Notes: a model not told the origin generated them from the sequence alone. A stretch of DNA of 64,000 nt from Almyronema epifaneia S1 (GCF_042788235.1 NZ_JBHZOL010000088.1:46837-110836); one strand, 5' to 3'. Counted from the stretch's first letter, positions 48,713-59,124 are shown. Made by a program: numbers and translations.

Positions 48713-49255
48713 TTATGAAAACTTCGAAGCGTCAGCCGATTCAGCCTGAGTGTAGCTAGCGGCCAGTTGTTTTGGCCCTAGACGTTCATACTTTTCAAAA
48801 GGCTGATGAATCCAGGGGTTGTTGGGTAGATAGTCTATATAGTAGTCAGGCTTGATGAGCGAACAGGCTTTGTACCAAAGCACCGCTGTGCGCATTTCAT
48901 CAATGTAGAAACCGTACTTGCGATCGAGCCATACCAGGGAGCGCTCTAGGCTAAAGCCTGAATCCACTAAATCATCAACCACGAGAACCCGATTGCCCAA
49001 ATTCGCCGTTGTCATGCTCAGATCGCGTGAGAAGGTGATGGCTCCTCGGTTTTGCTTTTCGGGGCCGCTGTAAGAAGCTGTTGAAAGAATGGCCAGGGGC
49101 AGATCAAACAAGCGGCAGAGAATGTCACCAATGCGCAAACCGCCTTTGGCTAAGCAGACAATTTGATTGAACTGCCAGCCGGATTCGTAAATTTGTAGCG
49201 CCAGTTGCTCAATTTTTTGGTGGTAGTCTGACCAAGTGATATACAGATCGGACAT
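48713..49255 (-). CDS. phosphoribosyltransferase-family protein (purine PRTase-like)
   Basis: PRPP-binding motif VLVVDDLVDSGFSL. Confidence 0.75.
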   Translation of the reverse strand: MSDLYITWSDYHQKIEQLALQIYESGWQFNQIVCLAKGGLRIGDILCRLFDLPLAILSTASYSGPEKQNRGAITFSRDLSMTTANLGNRVLVVDDLVDSGFSLERSLVWLDRKYGFYIDEMRTAVLWYKACSLIKPDYYIDYLPNNPWIHQPFEKYERLGPKQLAASYTQAESADASKFS

Positions 49256-49316
49256 CGTCTATCGATAATAGGGGAGCGCCGAAGGGCAAGATAAACCCCA
49301 ATCTTATCCGAAAGCA

Positions 49317-50825
49317 GTGACTTCGTGTTCAGCTAATCGGTTTAGAAACAGGGGGCGATCGCACTGGCGCATTTATTGTTTATGGCTCAAGGCTATGACC
49401 CGTTCTTCAGCAGATTCTGGCTCAGCTAGTAATCCCGTGGCTAAACTCAGCTTGACGACCAAGCTTGCCTATGGCGCAGGGGACTTAGGCCCAGCGATGA
49501 CGGCCAACATCCTGGCTTTTTTTCTGCTGTTTTTCTTTACTAACGTGGCGGGGCTGAATCCGGCTTTGGCTGGCAGTATTTTGCTGATTGGTAAAGTCTG
49601 GGATGCGATTAACGACCCCATTGTGGGGGTGCTAAGCGATCGCACCCAATCTCGCTGGGGTCGCCGCTATCCCTGGATGATATTTGGCGCAGTGCCTTTT
49701 GGCTTGCTGTTTATTGTGCAGTGGTTGGTACCGTCTACCAATGCCTGGGTGTTGTTTGCATACTATGTTTTAGTGTCCATTCTCTTCAATGTGGCCTATA
49801 CCGCCGTCAACCTGCCCTATACCGCTTTAACCCCAGAGCTAACCCAAGACTACAACGAACGTACCAGTCTCAATAGCTTTCGCTTTGCCTTTTCTCTGGG
49901 GGGTAGCATTGTTTCGCTGATACTGGCGCAAATTATTTTTTCGCAGCTAGCAGGCAATCCGGTTGGTCAGTATGTAGCGTTAGCCAGCATTTGTGCAGTT
50001 TTGTCTATTGCTTCACTGTTTTGGTGCGTTTGGGGCACCTGGAGCCGCAGCTATGCAGCGACAGGTCGCGATCAAGGAGAGCAAGCCGCTGACAATACCC
50101 CTTTTGCCGAACAGCTAAGAATTGCCTTTCGCAATCGCCCCTTTTTGTACGTTATTGGGATTTATCTCTGCTCTTGGCTGGGGGTACAGGTGACAGCCGC
50201 CATTATTCCCTACTTTGTTGTCAACTGGATGGGGCAACCAGCCGCCGTTTTTACTCAGGTTGCCTTGGCCGTTCAAGGAACCGCTTTAATTATGCTGTTC
50301 GTTTGGGATGCCATTAGCCATCGGGTGGGTAAAAAGGCGGTTTACTTTATGGGTATGGTGCTTTGGATTGCTGCCCAAGCGGGTTTGTTTTTTCTTCAGC
50401 CCGATCAGATTGGCCTTATGTATGGGCTGGCTGTTGTGGCTGGTTTGGGTGTTTCTACGGCCTATTTGATTCCCTGGTCAATGATGCCCGATGTGATTGA
50501 CCTAGACGAGTTGCAAACCGGAAAACGGCGGGAAGGCGTCTTTTACGGTTTTATGGTGCTGTTGCAAAAAATTGGCCTAGCGATTGGTTTGTTTTTAGTA
50601 GGCCAAGCGCTAGAGATTTCTGGATTTCAAGAAAGTGTAGCCGGACAGCCAATTCCGATTCAGCCCGATTCAGCCCTGTTAGCAATTCGAATTTCTATCG
50701 GGCCGCTGCCCACCATTTGTCTGGTGCTGGGCTTAATTTTGGCCTACTTTTACCCAATTACCCGTACGGTTCACGCCGAAATTTTGCTAAAACTGGCCGA
50801 GCGACACCAACAGCAAGAAGGGTAA
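49317..50825 (+). CDS. MFS transporter, glycoside-pentoside-hexuronide (GPH) cation-symporter-like
   Basis: 12-TM protein with GPH-family blocks (LAYGAGDLGP, GKVWDAINDPIVG, DRTQSRWGRRYPW). A likely start is Met-27 at 49395. Confidence 0.75.
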   Translation: MTSCSANRFRNRGRSHWRIYCLWLKAMTRSSADSGSASNPVAKLSLTTKLAYGAGDLGPAMTANILAFFLLFFFTNVAGLNPALAGSILLIGKVWDAINDPIVGVLSDRTQSRWGRRYPWMIFGAVPFGLLFIVQWLVPSTNAWVLFAYYVLVSILFNVAYTAVNLPYTALTPELTQDYNERTSLNSFRFAFSLGGSIVSLILAQIIFSQLAGNPVGQYVALASICAVLSIASLFWCVWGTWSRSYAATGRDQGEQAADNTPFAEQLRIAFRNRPFLYVIGIYLCSWLGVQVTAAIIPYFVVNWMGQPAAVFTQVALAVQGTALIMLFVWDAISHRVGKKAVYFMGMVLWIAAQAGLFFLQPDQIGLMYGLAVVAGLGVSTAYLIPWSMMPDVIDLDELQTGKRREGVFYGFMVLLQKIGLAIGLFLVGQALEISGFQESVAGQPIPIQPDSALLAIRISIGPLPTICLVLGLILAYFYPITRTVHAEILLKLAERHQQQEG

Positions 50826-51030
50826 TATTGTTGGCGGTGAGTCAATCACTAGCTGGGTTGACTTGTTCTTCTTTGGTCAGTCTCAGAAAAATTGACGAAT
50901 TGACGTTGTTTTGGCTTACGAGAAATCTAGGTCTGCTGCCAATTTAAGTAGAGAGGGTTATAGCTATAGCCACTAAGGTAGTCGCGCTACGGGGGGTGGC
51001 GGATGTTCATAGCCCCCAAAAGCTAAAACG

Positions 51031-51678
51031 CTAGCTGAGGCGTTCTGATTGCGGCGCGGGATAGGTAAGAGAACCGGACTTTGCCTCAGATCCTAAAGTG
51101 ACTTTGACCACAAAGATTGTGATCACCGTGGCTACAAAAATACCTGCCGAAGTGATAAAGCCTGCCTTCGCTACAGGAATACTTTTGCGAACCGCTAGAA
51201 TCGTCAGTGCAAATACGGTAGCAATAAACAACCGCGAAACCAGCACCATTCGCGGAAACGCAATGCCGACGACGATTAAGATGAGGCTAAAAGAAATCGC
51301 CAGTAGCGAAACTTGTAACCGTTGCCAATAGATGCTGCTAGCTTTAGTCGCAGAATATTCGAGCGGTAGATAAAGCCGTCGGCTAAACAACCGCACCAGG
51401 TCTTGAAACATAAAGAGCAGGGCACTGGCTAGGGTGACAAAGGTGGAGATCCATTGAATGGAGGCCATTGACAGGGTGCTACCAATACCGAGATCTGCTA
51501 CTAATGCGATCGCGCTACTTAGGCCATAGGCGATCGCGGTAGCAGCTAAAATCCAGGCAATATCCAGTAACAAACTGGCCACAATCCGACTGCTACGTGA
51601 AGTTCTCCCCCGCTCAGCTACAGAAAGCGGGCGGTCAGCAGTCAGTACTCGAGAAGTAGATAACTTGGGGGATGCCAT
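51031..51678 (-). CDS. hypothetical polytopic membrane protein
   Basis: 215 aa with ~5 hydrophobic helices; no motif recognised. Confidence 0.45.
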   Translation of the reverse strand: MASPKLSTSRVLTADRPLSVAERGRTSRSSRIVASLLLDIAWILAATAIAYGLSSAIALVADLGIGSTLSMASIQWISTFVTLASALLFMFQDLVRLFSRRLYLPLEYSATKASSIYWQRLQVSLLAISFSLILIVVGIAFPRMVLVSRLFIATVFALTILAVRKSIPVAKAGFITSAGIFVATVITIFVVKVTLGSEAKSGSLTYPAPQSERLS

Positions 51679-52064
51679 AAAATACTTGCCTACAGATATT
51701 ACGAGCAGGTCAGCAGACTTTACCGCTTAGGCACCCTGACGGAGAAATCAGGTCTTTTTCGTAAAGTTTAGATGATACTTTAATCAAGGTTAGGAAAAGT
51801 TGAGCAAAGCTTACAAGGCCGTTCATGGAAAGTTCACAAAATACTCGTAGTTTTTTAATTTAGCTACGGTTTTTTCAATTCAGACAGCGTGATTTTACGG
51901 AGAGACTTAGTCGAATGGCTCTAAGCCTCCTAGCGTGGCCTGGTCTGCGGCGGCTGCAACAGGTCTAAATTTTCTGGCAGGATCTCTCGTCTAGGGGTGG
52001 TTTCTGAGCAGTTCAGCCAGATAAACTGTCTACTCGGTAGGCGCATTTTAGGAGTGAGTAGCTC

Positions 52065-54035
52065 ATGGAAGTTAAACAAAAGGTGGAACTGTTGCGGGAA
52101 AAGTACCAGGCTTCCAGTGAACGGTTAAATCCGCCCTCACCCCTCAAGCCCGTTTGGACGCTCGAAAACAGCGAGGAGCTTTACCGCATTCAAGGCTGGG
52201 GCGATCCCTATTTTTCGATTAATGCGGCAGGGCACATTACCGTTTCTCCTAAAGGCGATCGCGGCGGCTCGTTAGATCTTTTGGAACTGGTCGAAGCGTT
52301 GAAGCAGCGCAATTTGAGTCTGCCGATTCTGATTCGTTTCTCCGATATTTTGGAAGACCGCTTAGAGCGATTAAATGCTTGTTTTGCCAAGGCGATCGCC
52401 CGGTATCGTTACAGCGGTGAGTATCGCGGCGTTTTTCCAGTTAAGTGTAACCAGCAGCGCCACCTGGTAGAAGCGCTGGTGCGCTTTGGCAAGCCGCACC
52501 GCTTTGGTTTAGAAGCGGGTTCAAAGCCAGAGTTGATGATTGCTTTAGCTACTTTAGATACGCCAGGGGCTTTGCTGATCTGTAATGGGTATAAAGATCA
52601 GGAATACATTGAAACGGCCATGCTGAGTCAGCGCTTGGGCCAAACGCCTATTATTGTGCTGGAGCAGCTAGAAGAAGTCGATCTGGTAATTGCGGCGAGT
52701 CAGCGGCTTAACATCAAGCCGATTTTGGGCGTTCGCGCCAAGCTCAGCGCTAGAGGTATGGGCCGTTGGGGAGGATCCGCGGGCGATCGCGCTAAGTTTG
52801 GCCTTACTGTACTTGAAATTTTAACCACCGTTGAACGGTTGAAAGCAGCTAATATGCTGGACTGCTTGCAGCTCTTGCATTTCCACATTGGTTCTCAGAT
52901 TTCAGCCATTAGCACGCTCAAAGATGCCCTGCGTGAAGCGGCTCAAATTTATGTAGAGCTAGCCAAGCTCGGCGCTAAAATGGGCTACCTCGATGTGGGC
53001 GGCGGGCTAGGGGTAGATTATGACGGCTCCAAAACCAATTTTCACGCTTCTAAAAACTACAGCATCCAAAATTATGCCAACGATGTTGTCGCTGAAATTA
53101 AAGAAGCTTGCGACGCCAGCAGTGTGGCTCTACCGACGCTGGTGAGCGAAAGTGGTCGGGCGATCGCTTCGCATCAATCTGTTCTGGTATTTGATGTACT
53201 CAGTACCAGCAACGTTCCCAGCGGCCCACCAGAACCTGCTAGCGAAGCCGATCACCTGATTGTGCGCAACCTTTACGAAACCTATACCGCCATCAATCCG
53301 CGCAACTACCAGGAGGCTTACCACGATGCTGTGCAATTTAAAGAAGAAGCAACCAGTCTATTTAGCTTTGGCTATTTAGGACTACGAGAGCGAGCCAAAG
53401 CCGAGCGGCTGTTTTGGGCTTGCTGTGAGCGAATTTTAGCGATCGTGCGCCATGAAGACTATGTTCCCGACGATCTCGAAGATCTCGAAAAAATCATGGC
53501 CTCTATTTATTATGTCAATTTGTCGGTGTTTCAGTCGGCTCCTGACAGTTGGGCTATTGGTCAACTTTTTCCCATTTTGCCGATTCATCGCCTCAACGAA
53601 GAACCCACTTGCCGGGGTACGCTGGCCGATCTAACCTGCGATAGCGACGGCAAGATCGAACAGTTTATTGATCTGCGCGATGTTAAATCGGTGCTAGAGC
53701 TGCATCCCCTTCGCCCCAATGAACCCTACTATCTCGGTATGTTCCTCAACGGTGCTTACCAGGAAATTATGGGTAATTTGCATAATTTGTTTGGCGATAC
53801 CAATGCTGTCCACATTCACCTGACGCCTAAAGGCTACCAGGTAGAACATGTGGTTAAAGGCGACACTATGAACGAAGTGCTGGGCTATGTGCAGTACGAC
53901 GCTGAAGACCTGATTGAACAACTGCGGCGACGCTCTGAGCGAGCCTTGCAAGACCAAAAAATTACGCTACAGGAGTCGCAAATGCTTTTGCAAAATTACG
54001 AGCGTAGCCTCAGCCGCTATACTTACCTGGCTTAG
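52065..54035 (+). CDS. speA: biosynthetic arginine decarboxylase
   Basis: 656 aa with a PLP-fold (FPVKCNQQRHLVEAL) and SpeA-specific N- and C-terminal regions. Confidence 0.9.
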   Translation: MEVKQKVELLREKYQASSERLNPPSPLKPVWTLENSEELYRIQGWGDPYFSINAAGHITVSPKGDRGGSLDLLELVEALKQRNLSLPILIRFSDILEDRLERLNACFAKAIARYRYSGEYRGVFPVKCNQQRHLVEALVRFGKPHRFGLEAGSKPELMIALATLDTPGALLICNGYKDQEYIETAMLSQRLGQTPIIVLEQLEEVDLVIAASQRLNIKPILGVRAKLSARGMGRWGGSAGDRAKFGLTVLEILTTVERLKAANMLDCLQLLHFHIGSQISAISTLKDALREAAQIYVELAKLGAKMGYLDVGGGLGVDYDGSKTNFHASKNYSIQNYANDVVAEIKEACDASSVALPTLVSESGRAIASHQSVLVFDVLSTSNVPSGPPEPASEADHLIVRNLYETYTAINPRNYQEAYHDAVQFKEEATSLFSFGYLGLRERAKAERLFWACCERILAIVRHEDYVPDDLEDLEKIMASIYYVNLSVFQSAPDSWAIGQLFPILPIHRLNEEPTCRGTLADLTCDSDGKIEQFIDLRDVKSVLELHPLRPNEPYYLGMFLNGAYQEIMGNLHNLFGDTNAVHIHLTPKGYQVEHVVKGDTMNEVLGYVQYDAEDLIEQLRRRSERALQDQKITLQESQMLLQNYERSLSRYTYLA

Positions 54036-54070
54036 TGAGCCGCTTTATTCCCCCTAAATAACCCAAATAG

Positions 54071-54105
54071 CCACGAGGAGACGGATCTCTCCCTCTCTTC
54101 GTGGC
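54071..54105. terminator. bidirectional terminator hairpin between convergent speA and the fasciclin gene
   Basis: ccacgaggaga-N13-tctcttcgtgg, an 11-bp stem with one G.T pair. Confidence 0.5.
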
Positions 54106-54222
54106 TAGTCATGACGTAGCGATCGCTGCTTTTGGCAAAGCAAAGCTTTGGCGCAGAGGGGCGGTTTGTTTTTGGCAATGCCCCCTGCTGCCTTATTAAT
54201 AGGGCTTATTAATAGGGATTGT

Positions 54223-55221
54223 TTAGCTGCCTAGGCGAGCTACGATGTCGTTGCGCAAACTACGGGGCATTAGTACCCGACTAACCACGTGAATCACCCC
54301 GTTGCTAGCCTGAATATCAGGCTGTACGACGCTAGCATCGTTGACAATCACGCTGCTGTCGGTCACCAGCACCGCTAAACCGCCGTTGAGAGACTCCACC
54401 TTACCGCTTGACAGGTCGCTGGACATCACCTCACCTGGAACGACGTGGTATTCCAGAACGCGTTGGAGCAAGTCTTGATTTTCTGGCATCAGCAACAGAT
54501 CTAAGGCACCTGCAGGCAACTGAGCAAAAGCGGCATCCGTCGGCGCAAAGACGGTAAACGGCCCATCGCCCGAAAGTGTACCTGCTAATTCTGCTGCCTG
54601 AACGGCTTGAACCAGGGTGTTAAATGCCGAATTGCTAGCAGCAATTTCAACAATCGTCATACCGCTGGTATCAACTGCCTGGGGTTGGGATTGCTCCGCT
54701 GGCTCAGGCGTTTGCAGTGGATCTCTCGGATCGGTGGGACGCAACGAATCGGCGGGGCCAGGTTCTTCCATAGGATCCAGTGGCGCTCTGTCTTCGACTG
54801 GCTCGGTGGGGTCAGCCTGCTGCAGAGGATCTCTTGGATCCGTCGGACGAGTAGAATCAGCCGGATCCATGCCTTCTGAAGGATCCAATGGTGCTCTGTT
54901 TTCGACTGGCTCGGTGGGGTCAGCCTGCTGCAGAGGATCTCTTGGATCCGTCGGACGAGTAGAATCACTCGAATCGCTTTCGCCTAAAGGATTCATGGGT
55001 TCAGTTTCTGCGCCTGGTTCCATTGGTTCAGGCATTTGCAGCGGATCGCGGGGATCGGTGGGATCGAGTTCTTCAGAATTTTGGGCGTAAGTATCAGCCG
55101 AGGTCAAATTCGACTGCACCGCTTCAGAAGTGGCTGACGCCGGAGCGGCGATCGCTAGGCCAAGCGTACCTGCCAGAGCCGCAAGACCCTGAACAACTTG
55201 GCGAGATCGGATAGTCACCAT
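54223..55221 (-). CDS. secreted fasciclin (FAS1)-domain protein with an N-terminal Pro/Asp-rich tandem-repeat region
   Basis: Signal peptide; about three 36-aa repeats (RPTDPRDPLQQADPTEPVE-RAPLDP...); C-terminal FAS1 blocks (TVFAPTDAAF, NGVIHVV). Confidence 0.75.
   Translation of the reverse strand: MVTIRSRQVVQGLAALAGTLGLAIAAPASATSEAVQSNLTSADTYAQNSEELDPTDPRDPLQMPEPMEPGAETEPMNPLGESDSSDSTRPTDPRDPLQQADPTEPVENRAPLDPSEGMDPADSTRPTDPRDPLQQADPTEPVEDRAPLDPMEEPGPADSLRPTDPRDPLQTPEPAEQSQPQAVDTSGMTIVEIAASNSAFNTLVQAVQAAELAGTLSGDGPFTVFAPTDAAFAQLPAGALDLLLMPENQDLLQRVLEYHVVPGEVMSSDLSSGKVESLNGGLAVLVTDSSVIVNDASVVQPDIQASNGVIHVVSRVLMPRSLRNDIVARLGS
54700..55060. repeat. 108-bp in-frame tandem repeat (~3 copies) inside the fasciclin gene
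   Basis: 54781-54860 and 54889-54968 are near-identical (tggYgctctgtYttcgactggctcggtggggtcagcctgctgcagaggatctcttggatccgtcggacgagtagaatca), with partial copies on both sides. Confidence 0.8.
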
Positions 55222-55538
55222 CTTTTATTCTCCTTCACAAAAAGTTTAACGTTTCTTCATAAATTAATTCAGCACCCTATGTTTAACCTCTGCCATTGGG
55301 CTTATATGTCCCTCAAGGCTAATTTTGAGCTGGCTAAATTTTAGGAAAGCAGCCCCCGGACACGGCTGAAACCTCAAGGGTGTTTGAAGCGAAGCCAGGG
55401 TACGGATTTGGGCGGAGGCTCGATTAGAGGGCAGAATTCGCTGGATTTACTGAAAAAATTGCCCCCATAGGCACTTCAGGGCGATCGCGTTGCTGAGGCA
55501 TTTAACTAGAGGGCTAACCTGCTTATGTCAGGGAACCT

Positions 55539-57485
55539 TTATCTCACTGCTCGCCGTAGGGCGGCACTGATCAAATCGACGCTAAACGTTAGCAGCACAA
55601 AGGCTATCAGCGTGATCACTAGCCCGCCATAGTCAAAGCTGCTTAGTTGCTCAGTTAGCAATCGCCCTAGGCCACCTGCCCCTACTAGACCTACCACGGC
55701 GGTTTCACGCAAACAAACCTCCCAGCGATAGAGCGTATAGGCGATAAATCGCGGTAAATTTTCGGGCAGCAGGCCATACAAAATGGTTGCTAGGGCTGAA
55801 GCCCCAGCAGTACGCAGCGATCGCGCGGGTCGGTCGTCTGTATTTTCGTTGACCTCTGCCATCAGCCGTCCCAAAATGCCAAAGTTGTGCAACCCCAGCG
55901 CCAGCGCCCCCGGCAAAATCCCCGGAAAGAACAGATAGAGCAAGACCAAAGCCCAAATGGGGGTGGGAATGGCTCTGGCGACCAAAAGGGTAAGCCGACT
56001 CAGCCCTAAAATGCTCCATCCGGCTAAGTTTCTGTTCGCCTTTTGCCCGATGGGCTGCAAAACCCCCCCGGCTAGCCAAATCGTTTGCGCTGCCAAAAAA
56101 GAAAAAACCAGGCCACCCAACCCGGCCAAAGCGATCGCCAATACCGACATCGCCACAGTTTGTCCGGCCAGATCTAAAAGAGTGTATAGCTGTTGGAATG
56201 TTAGGCCTCTAGGCTGGGCTTCAGCCAGAATAGCCTGCAACAGTTTGCCCGTGCGATCGCTGACGAGCAGGTGCCAATCGAGTGATAGCCGCCAAAAGCA
56301 AAGCGGAATAGCCAGAGCGATCGCAATCAGAGAAAGGTTGACGAAGACAGCATGGCTGCCAGGGAACTGGAGAGCGCCCAGGGCAAATCTGTTAGCCTTT
56401 CTTTTGGCTTGTGGGGGGTGCAAGGGGATCATTTCAGCCGTTTGCATCAGCGCGTTAGCGGCGGATGCGGAACCCGGTAGCCCTAGATCAGATCCTGATT
56501 TGCTAGATTGCCGGGAGGGCAACTGGGGAGCTTTGACGGAACTGACGTTTTGGCGAGGCTGGGTTTGTAAATCTAGCCGACTGGTAAACCCTAGCTGGCG
56601 GCGCAGTAGCCCACTCCAGGCATCGACTGCGCCATTGAGCAGAATTAACGCATAAAAGCTGGTCCACAACTCTTGGTAGCGCAGCGATTGCAGGCTGAGC
56701 AATATTTGATAACCCAGGCCACCTGCCCCAATGACCCCTAAAATCGCCGCTGAGCGCAACGAACACTCAAACCGATAGAAGCTATAAGACAGCAGGTTGG
56801 GCAATGCTTGGGGTAGTAAACCATAGCAAAAGGCACTCAGCGGCGGTACCCCAGCACTGATCAGCGCTTGCAGCGGTTCGTGAGGGGTTTCATCCAAAAT
56901 TTCAGAAAACACCTTGGCCACAATGGCGCTAAACGGAATAGCGATCGCCAGCACTGCTACCAGCGGATCTAGCCCCAGCAGGTTAAGAAAAAAGAGACCC
57001 CAAATCAGTTCATGAATCGCCCGAGGAGCGGCTAGGGCAGCCCGGATCGTCAGCCAGATGGGCTGGCCCGGATGAAAGCGTTGCGGCTGAGGCCAAAGGG
57101 TGCGCCACCAGACCGCCGAAGCCAAAATGCCCGCCACCAGCCCTAGCGCCAAACTCAGCACTGTTCCGCAAACAGCGTAGGCCAGGGTAACTAGCGTAGC
57201 TTGGCCAATCAGGTGCAAAAATTCTGGACTGAGTTCAGGCTGCCAGCTAGCTTGCAAAAACTGCCAAAATTGGGGCCAGCCACCCAGATTAACCAGCGAT
57301 CGCTGTCCCCAGCCTGTTAAGCCAAAAGAAACAGCGATCGCGATCAGCGTCCCTGCCAGCCAGCCAATATGGCTCAATCGGTGGTCAGGACGTGGCCGTC
57401 GGCAAGGCATAGAGATCTTGAAATAGGCGATCGCTCGCCTCAGCCACCGGGCAATCAAACAAAAGGGTGCCTGCCCGTAAACCAA
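55539..57485 (-). CDS. phnE: fused tandem PhnE-type phosphonate/phosphite ABC transporter permease (two permease domains in one polypeptide)
   Basis: 648 aa: two binding-protein-dependent permease domains, each with an EAA-like loop, joined by a Ser/Gln-rich linker. A likely start is Met-26 at 57410, overlapping phnC by ~25 nt. Confidence 0.75.
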   Translation of the reverse strand: MVYGQAPFCLIARWLRRAIAYFKISMPCRRPRPDHRLSHIGWLAGTLIAIAVSFGLTGWGQRSLVNLGGWPQFWQFLQASWQPELSPEFLHLIGQATLVTLAYAVCGTVLSLALGLVAGILASAVWWRTLWPQPQRFHPGQPIWLTIRAALAAPRAIHELIWGLFFLNLLGLDPLVAVLAIAIPFSAIVAKVFSEILDETPHEPLQALISAGVPPLSAFCYGLLPQALPNLLSYSFYRFECSLRSAAILGVIGAGGLGYQILLSLQSLRYQELWTSFYALILLNGAVDAWSGLLRRQLGFTSRLDLQTQPRQNVSSVKAPQLPSRQSSKSGSDLGLPGSASAANALMQTAEMIPLHPPQAKRKANRFALGALQFPGSHAVFVNLSLIAIALAIPLCFWRLSLDWHLLVSDRTGKLLQAILAEAQPRGLTFQQLYTLLDLAGQTVAMSVLAIALAGLGGLVFSFLAAQTIWLAGGVLQPIGQKANRNLAGWSILGLSRLTLLVARAIPTPIWALVLLYLFFPGILPGALALGLHNFGILGRLMAEVNENTDDRPARSLRTAGASALATILYGLLPENLPRFIAYTLYRWEVCLRETAVVGLVGAGGLGRLLTEQLSSFDYGGLVITLIAFVLLTFSVDLISAALRRAVR

Positions 57486-58167
57486 TCAGGCGATCGCAGT
57501 GGCTGAGGGCAAAGTTGACATCATGGAGACTCACAACCAACGTCTTGTCGGTGGTTTCGCACAGGTGTTTGAGCAAATCCATCACCTCGCGCGATCGCTC
57601 AGGGTCAACGCTAGCGATCGGTTCATCTGCCAACATAGCGACCGGATCTTGCACCAGCACTCGCGCCAGTGCTACCCGCTGCTGCTGCCCACCCGACAGG
57701 CGATCGGTTCTGGCATAGAGCTTATCAGCAATGCCTACTTGTGCCAGTGCCCGCGTCGCTACTTCAACCTGAAGCGGCCAGACAAGCGACCAGACTGCTT
57801 TCCATAGCGGCCAGCGCCCCAAATGTCCTGCATTGACGTTGTGGACAACGGCCAAATGACTAATCAAGTGATGCTGCTGATAAACCGTACCGATTTGACG
57901 CTGAACTTGCCGCCGTTTGAACAGCGGCATCTGCGCCAAATTGTGCCCCATTATGCGAACCTGGCCTTGAGAGGGGACTAAGCTACCATTCAACAAACTC
58001 AGCAGCGTACTTTTACCAGCCCCACTTGGCCCAACTAAGGCTACTCGTTCACCCGGATAAATCTGGAGTGAAATTGCCGTTAGCGCTGTGAGCGAGCCAA
58101 ACTGGCAGCTTACTTGACTCAGTTCAAACAGGGGAGATATGGGGTTACCCTCCGTACGTCTCTCCAC
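57385..58167 (-). CDS. phnC: phosphonate/phosphite ABC transporter ATP-binding protein
   Basis: Walker A GPSGAGKSTLL, signature [13 protein letters not shown], Walker B MLADEPIASVD. Confidence 0.85.
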   Translation of the reverse strand: MERRTEGNPISPLFELSQVSCQFGSLTALTAISLQIYPGERVALVGPSGAGKSTLLSLLNGSLVPSQGQVRIMGHNLAQMPLFKRRQVQRQIGTVYQQHHLISHLAVVHNVNAGHLGRWPLWKAVWSLVWPLQVEVATRALAQVGIADKLYARTDRLSGGQQQRVALARVLVQDPVAMLADEPIASVDPERSREVMDLLKHLCETTDKTLVVSLHDVNFALSHCDRLIGLRAGTLLFDCPVAEASDRLFQDLYALPTATS

Positions 58168-58170
58168 AGC

Positions 58171-59124
58171 CTACTGAATTTTGCCAATTTCTCGAGCGAC
58201 CTGCTCAATCTGGTCGTAGTTGCTGTTTTGAGTTTCAATAAATCGCTGAGCGCCAAACAGCGCTAGGATTTCTTGGTGTTCTGGGTTGTTGGCGTCGAGG
58301 TTGAGCAAAGCTGCCTGCACCTTGGCCGCAAAGCCCTCACCGTACTCGGCGTCAACAGCCGGATTAATCACCCAGTGATAGTCATAGTAAGCCGGGGTAC
58401 GCCAAATCACGTCTACCTGGCGGGTATCGATCGCCCCTTCTGCCAAGCGGGTTTGCCAAACTTGCTCATTGAGTACCCCCACTTCGTAGGTGCCTGCTTC
58501 CACCAGCTTGATGGTGGCATCATGATTTCCCGAAAAGCCGACCGATCCTTCAAAATCGCTCAACTCAACCCCAGCCTGCTTGAGAAAATACTGAGGCATT
58601 AACCGACCCGATGTGGAAGACTCGCTGCCAAAGGTAAAGGTATGGCCTTTGAGCTGCGCTAGGTCAGCCAGGTTACTGAAAGGGGTCAGCCCACTAGCGG
58701 CATTGGCGACAAAAACGCTGTGAAACTCGGCGTCAATTTCGCGCTGGGCGATCGCCGTTGCCCCAGCGACCTGTAACCGAGCTTGCACCCCCGTTAACCC
58801 CCCAAACCAAACCAAATCTAAGTCACCTACTTTGAAAGCTGTAACAGCGGCGGTGTAGTCAGTAACGGGCACATATTCAACGGCAACCCCTAGCTCGGCA
58901 GTGAGATAGTTAGCCAGCTTTGGATAGAGCCGCTGTAGCTTTTCAGGATCTTGATCAGGAATAGCGCTGACGGTGAAAGCTTCTACGCTGGCCGGGGTGG
59001 AGGCAGATCTATGGGTGGCTGATGGGTCTGAGTTAGTTGCGCAAGCTCCCCAGAGCAGGGAACTGCCCAATAATGCCAAAACGACAGATTTACGAAAACG
59101 GTTACCAGTCATGTTCCTTGACAA
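58171..59124 (-). CDS. phnD: phosphate/phosphite/phosphonate ABC transporter substrate-binding lipoprotein
   Basis: A lipobox (LWGACA) and a PhnD-family fold. Forms a phnD-C-E operon. Confidence 0.8.
   Translation of the reverse strand: MSRNMTGNRFRKSVVLALLGSSLLWGACATNSDPSATHRSASTPASVEAFTVSAIPDQDPEKLQRLYPKLANYLTAELGVAVEYVPVTDYTAAVTAFKVGDLDLVWFGGLTGVQARLQVAGATAIAQREIDAEFHSVFVANAASGLTPFSNLADLAQLKGHTFTFGSESSTSGRLMPQYFLKQAGVELSDFEGSVGFSGNHDATIKLVEAGTYEVGVLNEQVWQTRLAEGAIDTRQVDVIWRTPAYYDYHWVINPAVDAEYGEGFAAKVQAALLNLDANNPEHQEILALFGAQRFIETQNSNYDQIEQVAREIGKIQ

Noticed and set aside
54617-55090. Plus-strand 157-aa ORF and another-frame minus-strand 103-aa ORF (54657-54968) over the fasciclin repeats
   Set aside because: They are antisense to, or out of frame with, a well-supported fasciclin gene and are made of repeat-derived low-complexity sequence. 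Tandem repeats routinely create spurious open frames.
55957-56655. 232-aa plus-strand ORF inside phnE
   Set aside because: Antisense to a strongly supported permease; the Arg/Ala/Ser-rich composition is typical of GC-rich antisense frames.
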